Source: Octopus vulgaris
Lineage: Eukaryota
Direction: 5' to 3'
Length of the DNA: 64,000 nucleotides
Assembly (NCBI GenBank): GCA_951406725.2
Contig: OX597830.1
Span: forward strand, 53,506,001-53,570,000
Part shown: piece by piece, positions 59,437 through 64,000 of the stretch
How positions within the stretch are numbered: position 1 is the stretch's first letter
How the letters are laid out: each line of letters starts with the position of its first letter
Program-made: the position numbers and the translations under genes
The notes under the pieces: model-generated
Told to the model about the DNA's origin: nothing
Seen by the model: only the letters and a program-made list of their open reading frames with translations
Databases searched by the model: none

Positions 59437-60484
59437 AATGTAGGTAAAAAATCAACAAAAACAAGTACTCCATCTGGTGAGAGATAAATATCAATTTAAT
59501 ATACAACCAAAAGAGCTACTAATAGTTTTGTACTTTTATGGTACTTTGACTCGGCATATTTATAAAACATGCCACGTATCTCCAAGCACTATTTCAGGCT
59601 CTAATTATGTATTATATATATATATATTTGGAAAAAAGAAAATAAACAAAGCCTGAAAGATTGCTTGGAGATACATTGTGTATTTTATAAATCTGCCTAT
59701 TTAAAGTATCATAAAAGAATGAAACTATTAATAGGTCTTTCAGTTGTGTATTGGCCGTTGCCAGCCCACCCTGGCACCTAAAAAGCACCATCCATATGTG
59801 GTCGATGCCAGTGCCGCCTTGACTGGCTTCTGTGTCAGTGGCACGTAAAAAGCTCCAACCGATTGTGACCGTTGCCAGCCTCCCCTGGCACCCCGGTGGC
59901 ACATAAAAAGCACCCACTATACTCATGGAATGATTGGCATTAGGAAGGGCATCCAGCTGTAGAAATTCTGCCAGATCAGACTGGAGTCTGGTGCAGCCTC
60001 TTGGCTTCCCAGACCCGGGTCGAACCGTCCAACCCATGCTAGCATGGAAAACGGACGTTGAACGATGATGATGATGATTGTGTTATGCTTAGAAGCGATG
60101 CCTGGTACCAAAATTTTCCACCCAAGTCAAATATACTCCAAATCCTTGTTAGAGTATCTGCATAAGTGGGGTCATTATAATAACTTATATGACTTTGATG
60201 CCAGTACAAGTTAGCCTCTCCAAACTCCCACATTTGCAGATACTTTAACACAGATTTGGAATAGCCTGTCATGCATCAAAAACTTCTCTCTTCAGCTCAA
60301 CTGAGAGTCACAATCTAACTAATATAATATTACTCCCACATTTGAAACAACACTGCTGCTATGCCTGCAATCATACCTGACTGTATCCTCATTCCACCCC
60401 ACCACAAAAAGCCACTCTGGTACACAGTCACTAATACATCTCAACTTCTTATTCACAAATATACAGTTTCCTCACTCCCTTTTT

Positions 60485-60518
<34 letters not shown>

Positions 60519-61031
60519 AATGTGGTTTGTTTCTTGGAACAACTTGCTGGTTGTGTAGCACCTAGAGATGAATGTGTCAGCTCTCCTCTCATCATTCATG
60601 CTGTCTCTCATTATCCAGGCTCCACACTAACTCCATTACTAAATCCTTTCTTTTCCGGATTGCCCCCCTCCTACCTCCTTCAACTGAAATTTCTTTTCCC
60701 TACCTAAACCTAGCACAAACTACTTTTTAAATCTTTTCATCCGAGAATGTCAACTCCTTGGATTTCCTTTCATCACCTATCTTCTTCATGCATCACTGAC
60801 TTTTTGTTGTTGATGATCAATATCAGCTGATCATTGATCTTGCCAATTTCAGATGATTTCTGAAGGTCAAGGACACAGTCTCTAATTTATAATTTCACTA
60901 TTAAAAAAAACCCCAACAAAAACATACACGAATACACACACACACACAGGCAGGCACATATGCCAAAAGTGCTTATGCATGTGTGTGTCTGCATATTTAT
61001 GTATATTCAGACACACACATACACATATATA

Positions 61032-61893
61032 CGAGGGCTGATCAATAAATATCCAGACTGTTGCCATAGTAATGAAGCTAAAGCATGCAGAGTAAAACCG
61101 CTGGGTACAGACAGACCTTGAACTCTGCTGTGCATGCACACTAAGTTTTAATGTTCTAGCTCACTTCTGCTGTTTACAGCAGTACTTGGAAGGAAGATGT
61201 GTAGTGTGTGATCGTCACATTGACCACAACAGAGAAAGTTGCCATAGCAAAGTTGCAGAAAGTGTATGGAGAAGAGTGTATGAGCTGCACACAAGTGTAC
61301 AAGTGGCTCAAATGTTTCCAAGATGGCCGAAAAAATGTTGATACAGACGAACGTTCTCAAAGACCCACAACCAGCAGAACTGAGAAAAATATCGCAGATG
61401 TGCTGCAGTTGTGAGAGGAAATTGTCGAATCACCATCTGTAAGTTATCAATGGATGTGCAGATTAGTTACGGTTAGGTTCAATCCATTATCACACAAGAT
61501 TTGGATATGAGACATGTGTCTGCCAAGTTTGTGCCAAAACTACTTTCAGCTGACCAAAAAGACACTCAGGTTTCAGTTGCACAAGATCTCCTTGATTGTG
61601 TCAAGAAAGATGAAATCTTTTTGAAAATTTTGCATAAAGCCGGTATCGCCAAGCTTTTGTCAAAATTTGATGCAGATTCTCTCTTCAACTTTCTCTGTCA
61701 TAGTCAATGCAATGATCACACGCTACACACATTCCTTCCAAACACGGCTGTAAACAGTGGAATTGAGCTAGAACATTAAAACTTAGTGCACATGCACAGC
61801 AGAATTCTAGATCAATCTGTGTCAAGTGGCTTTACTGTGTGCTTTAGCTTTGTTACTATGGCAACAGTTCGGATACTTATTGATCAGACCTCA
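61032..61893 (+). mobile_element. Non-autonomous mariner with ~210-bp TIRs and a transposase HTH fragment
   Basis: TA|CGAGGGCTGATCAATAA...TTATTGATCAGACCTCA|TA; LQKVYGEECMSCTQVYKW..FQDGR....DERSQRP and VSAKFVPKLLS. Confidence 0.9.
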
Positions 61894-64000
61894 TATATAT
61901 ATATATATATCTCTCTTTCGGATAGGCACTGAGCAGCTATACGCACACATACACACACGGCAGTAACTACCACCTACCGAATTCAATCACAAAGCTCCGG
62001 TCGGCTCGGGGCTATAGTGGAAGACACCTACCCAAAGTGCCACGCAGTGGGACTGAACCCGAAACCATATAGCTAGGAAGCAAGCTCCCTAACCACACGG
62101 CCATGCCCGATATAATATTTACCATAATTTTTCCCATTTTTAATCATATTTTTGGCTATAATATGCTATATTTATTTCACAAACCGAGCAATATATACTC
62201 TAGTATATATATATATATATGAAAAAATAGTTTCACCATTCCATTTCTTTACATTAGTCACAGTTTCAGCTTAACAATAATACTTTGTTGGGTGCATAAA
62301 ATCGGAACCCTATGCATGCATGATATTTTCAGTCAAATACTTTTGCGAAACTGTCATATGTGGAACTTATTACACTTTTGAAAAATATCAAACTGTTGTA
62401 CGACACGTTGACAATTTTCATCTGAAGCAGCTGGAGATACGATAGTTTGAGCAAAAGAGCCAGCTATTGCAAGGAAAACTAAATATTGAAGAAAACGCAT
62501 TTGGACATACGACAGTTTAACATAATAGCAACAATATATATACCAGCATGGAAAACAGGTGCTAAATAATGATGATATCTATCTATCTATCATATCATCG
62601 TTTAACGTCCGTTCTCCATGCTAGCATGGGTTGGACGGTTTGACCGGGGATCTGGGAAGCCAGAAGGCTGCACCAGGCTCCAGTCTTATCTGGCAATGTT
62701 TCTACAGCTGGATGCCCTTCCTAACGCCAACCACTCCGTGAGTGTAGTGGGTGCTTTTTACATGCCACCTGCACAGGTGCCAGGCGAGGCTGGCAACGGC
62801 CACGGTCGGATTGGTGTATTTTATGTGCCACCGGCACGGAAGCCAGTCGAGGCGGTGCTGGCATCGGCCACATATACACATATATATACACACACACACA
62901 TGTCAACACTAATATGTACACAGACGAATACATTTATATTCATAAGTGTGTGTCTGCATGTGTATATATGGCTGATGTTGAAAAGTAAAGAATAAAGCAA
63001 TACAAACAAAACAACCAAAACCTAGTCAACCATTTTTGCAAATATACACAAATGGCAACAGGCTGGTGGCAGACAATCTTCTTGCTATTAGTATTGACGT
63101 CAAACATTTGACAAGGCTACAAGTATTCAAGCAGGATAATAGTTGATTATATTGGTTCATGTATACTCAACTGCTAGTTATTTTTAACCCCAAGAAGACG
63201 GAAAATGAAGTGAATCCTGGCTGAATTTGAACTGAGAATGTAAAGAAGCATAGACAAAATACTGCAAGACATTTTATCCATGTTGCTCTATTGATTCTAC
63301 CAAAACATACTGGAATATTAATTGTAGCATTAGTTGAAGGCTATAGATTTGAGGTGTAGTGAGGGGACACAATCTGGAAAGAGAGCATTCTAACTAGAAG
63401 ATCAAATTAACTCTTTAAGAGGCAAGAATTGATGGGAAGAGAGGCATTTATGGTCTCCAACTCTCAATAATGAAGATCGGAATTGGCAAAGCAAAGGGAG
63501 ATGGTAGCTGAGTCAATGACCTTCAGTATTTGACTAGTGCTTATTTTATTGAGTGATGGAAAGCAAAGTTGTCTTTGGTGAGATTTGAAATTAGAATATA
63601 AAGAACTGGAATAAACACCACATGGTATCTTGTCTGATGCTCTTAAAATTCTCCCAATCTATCACCTATCTGTATTGCAATAATGGTTCTAAGACTACAG
63701 ATTTTAAGCAAAGAGGTGACATAGTTGATTTAATAAACCCCAGTATTTAACTGGTATTTTGATCAACTTCAGAAAGATGAAAGGTAAAAATGAACTTTTG
63801 TGGGATTTGAACTCAGAATGAGTCATAACTAAAAACTACAAGACACTTTAATCTAATGTTCTACCAATTCTGCCGCACAACACTCTTAAACATAATTACA
63901 GTAATGGTTAAAGATAAATTAAAATAACGGACAAACATAATTACAGTAATATATAATGATTTAAAACTGGAATAAAACATTGGCCATTAACAGCCTGTCA

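Noticed and set aside
58802-64000. PIK3C3 upstream exons, e.g. ORF 60039-60272
   Set aside because: No match to the expected N-terminal C2 sequence (WNEWL.LP..Y.DLPR); these exons probably lie outside the window.

Overview
AT-rich, microsatellite- and SINE-dense eukaryotic DNA. The repeat families suggest an octopod cephalopod, probably Octopus (inference from recalled repeats, not a database result). The only host gene I can support is PIK3C3/Vps34 (class III PI3-kinase) on the minus strand. It has 20 GT-AG coding exons from 58801 to the TGA at 13841-13843, totalling 2251 nt in one continuous frame; the 5' exons appear to lie beyond the window. The rest is tRNA-derived SINEs, RTE/CR1 LINE fragments, a Gypsy gag relic, mariner and piggyBac-type elements, minisatellites and Penelope-like (PLE) relics. 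Three things stand out. (1) About a dozen hammerhead-ribozyme-like motifs from several unrelated families, including a tRNA-headed SINE-like element that carries a hammerhead and two opposed hammerheads in a 630-bp foldback. (2) DDLRQD is read as DDPRQD in the Vps34 kinase domain. (3) Several long intronic inverted repeats could be dsRNA/ADAR substrates. All alignments and folds were done by eye.
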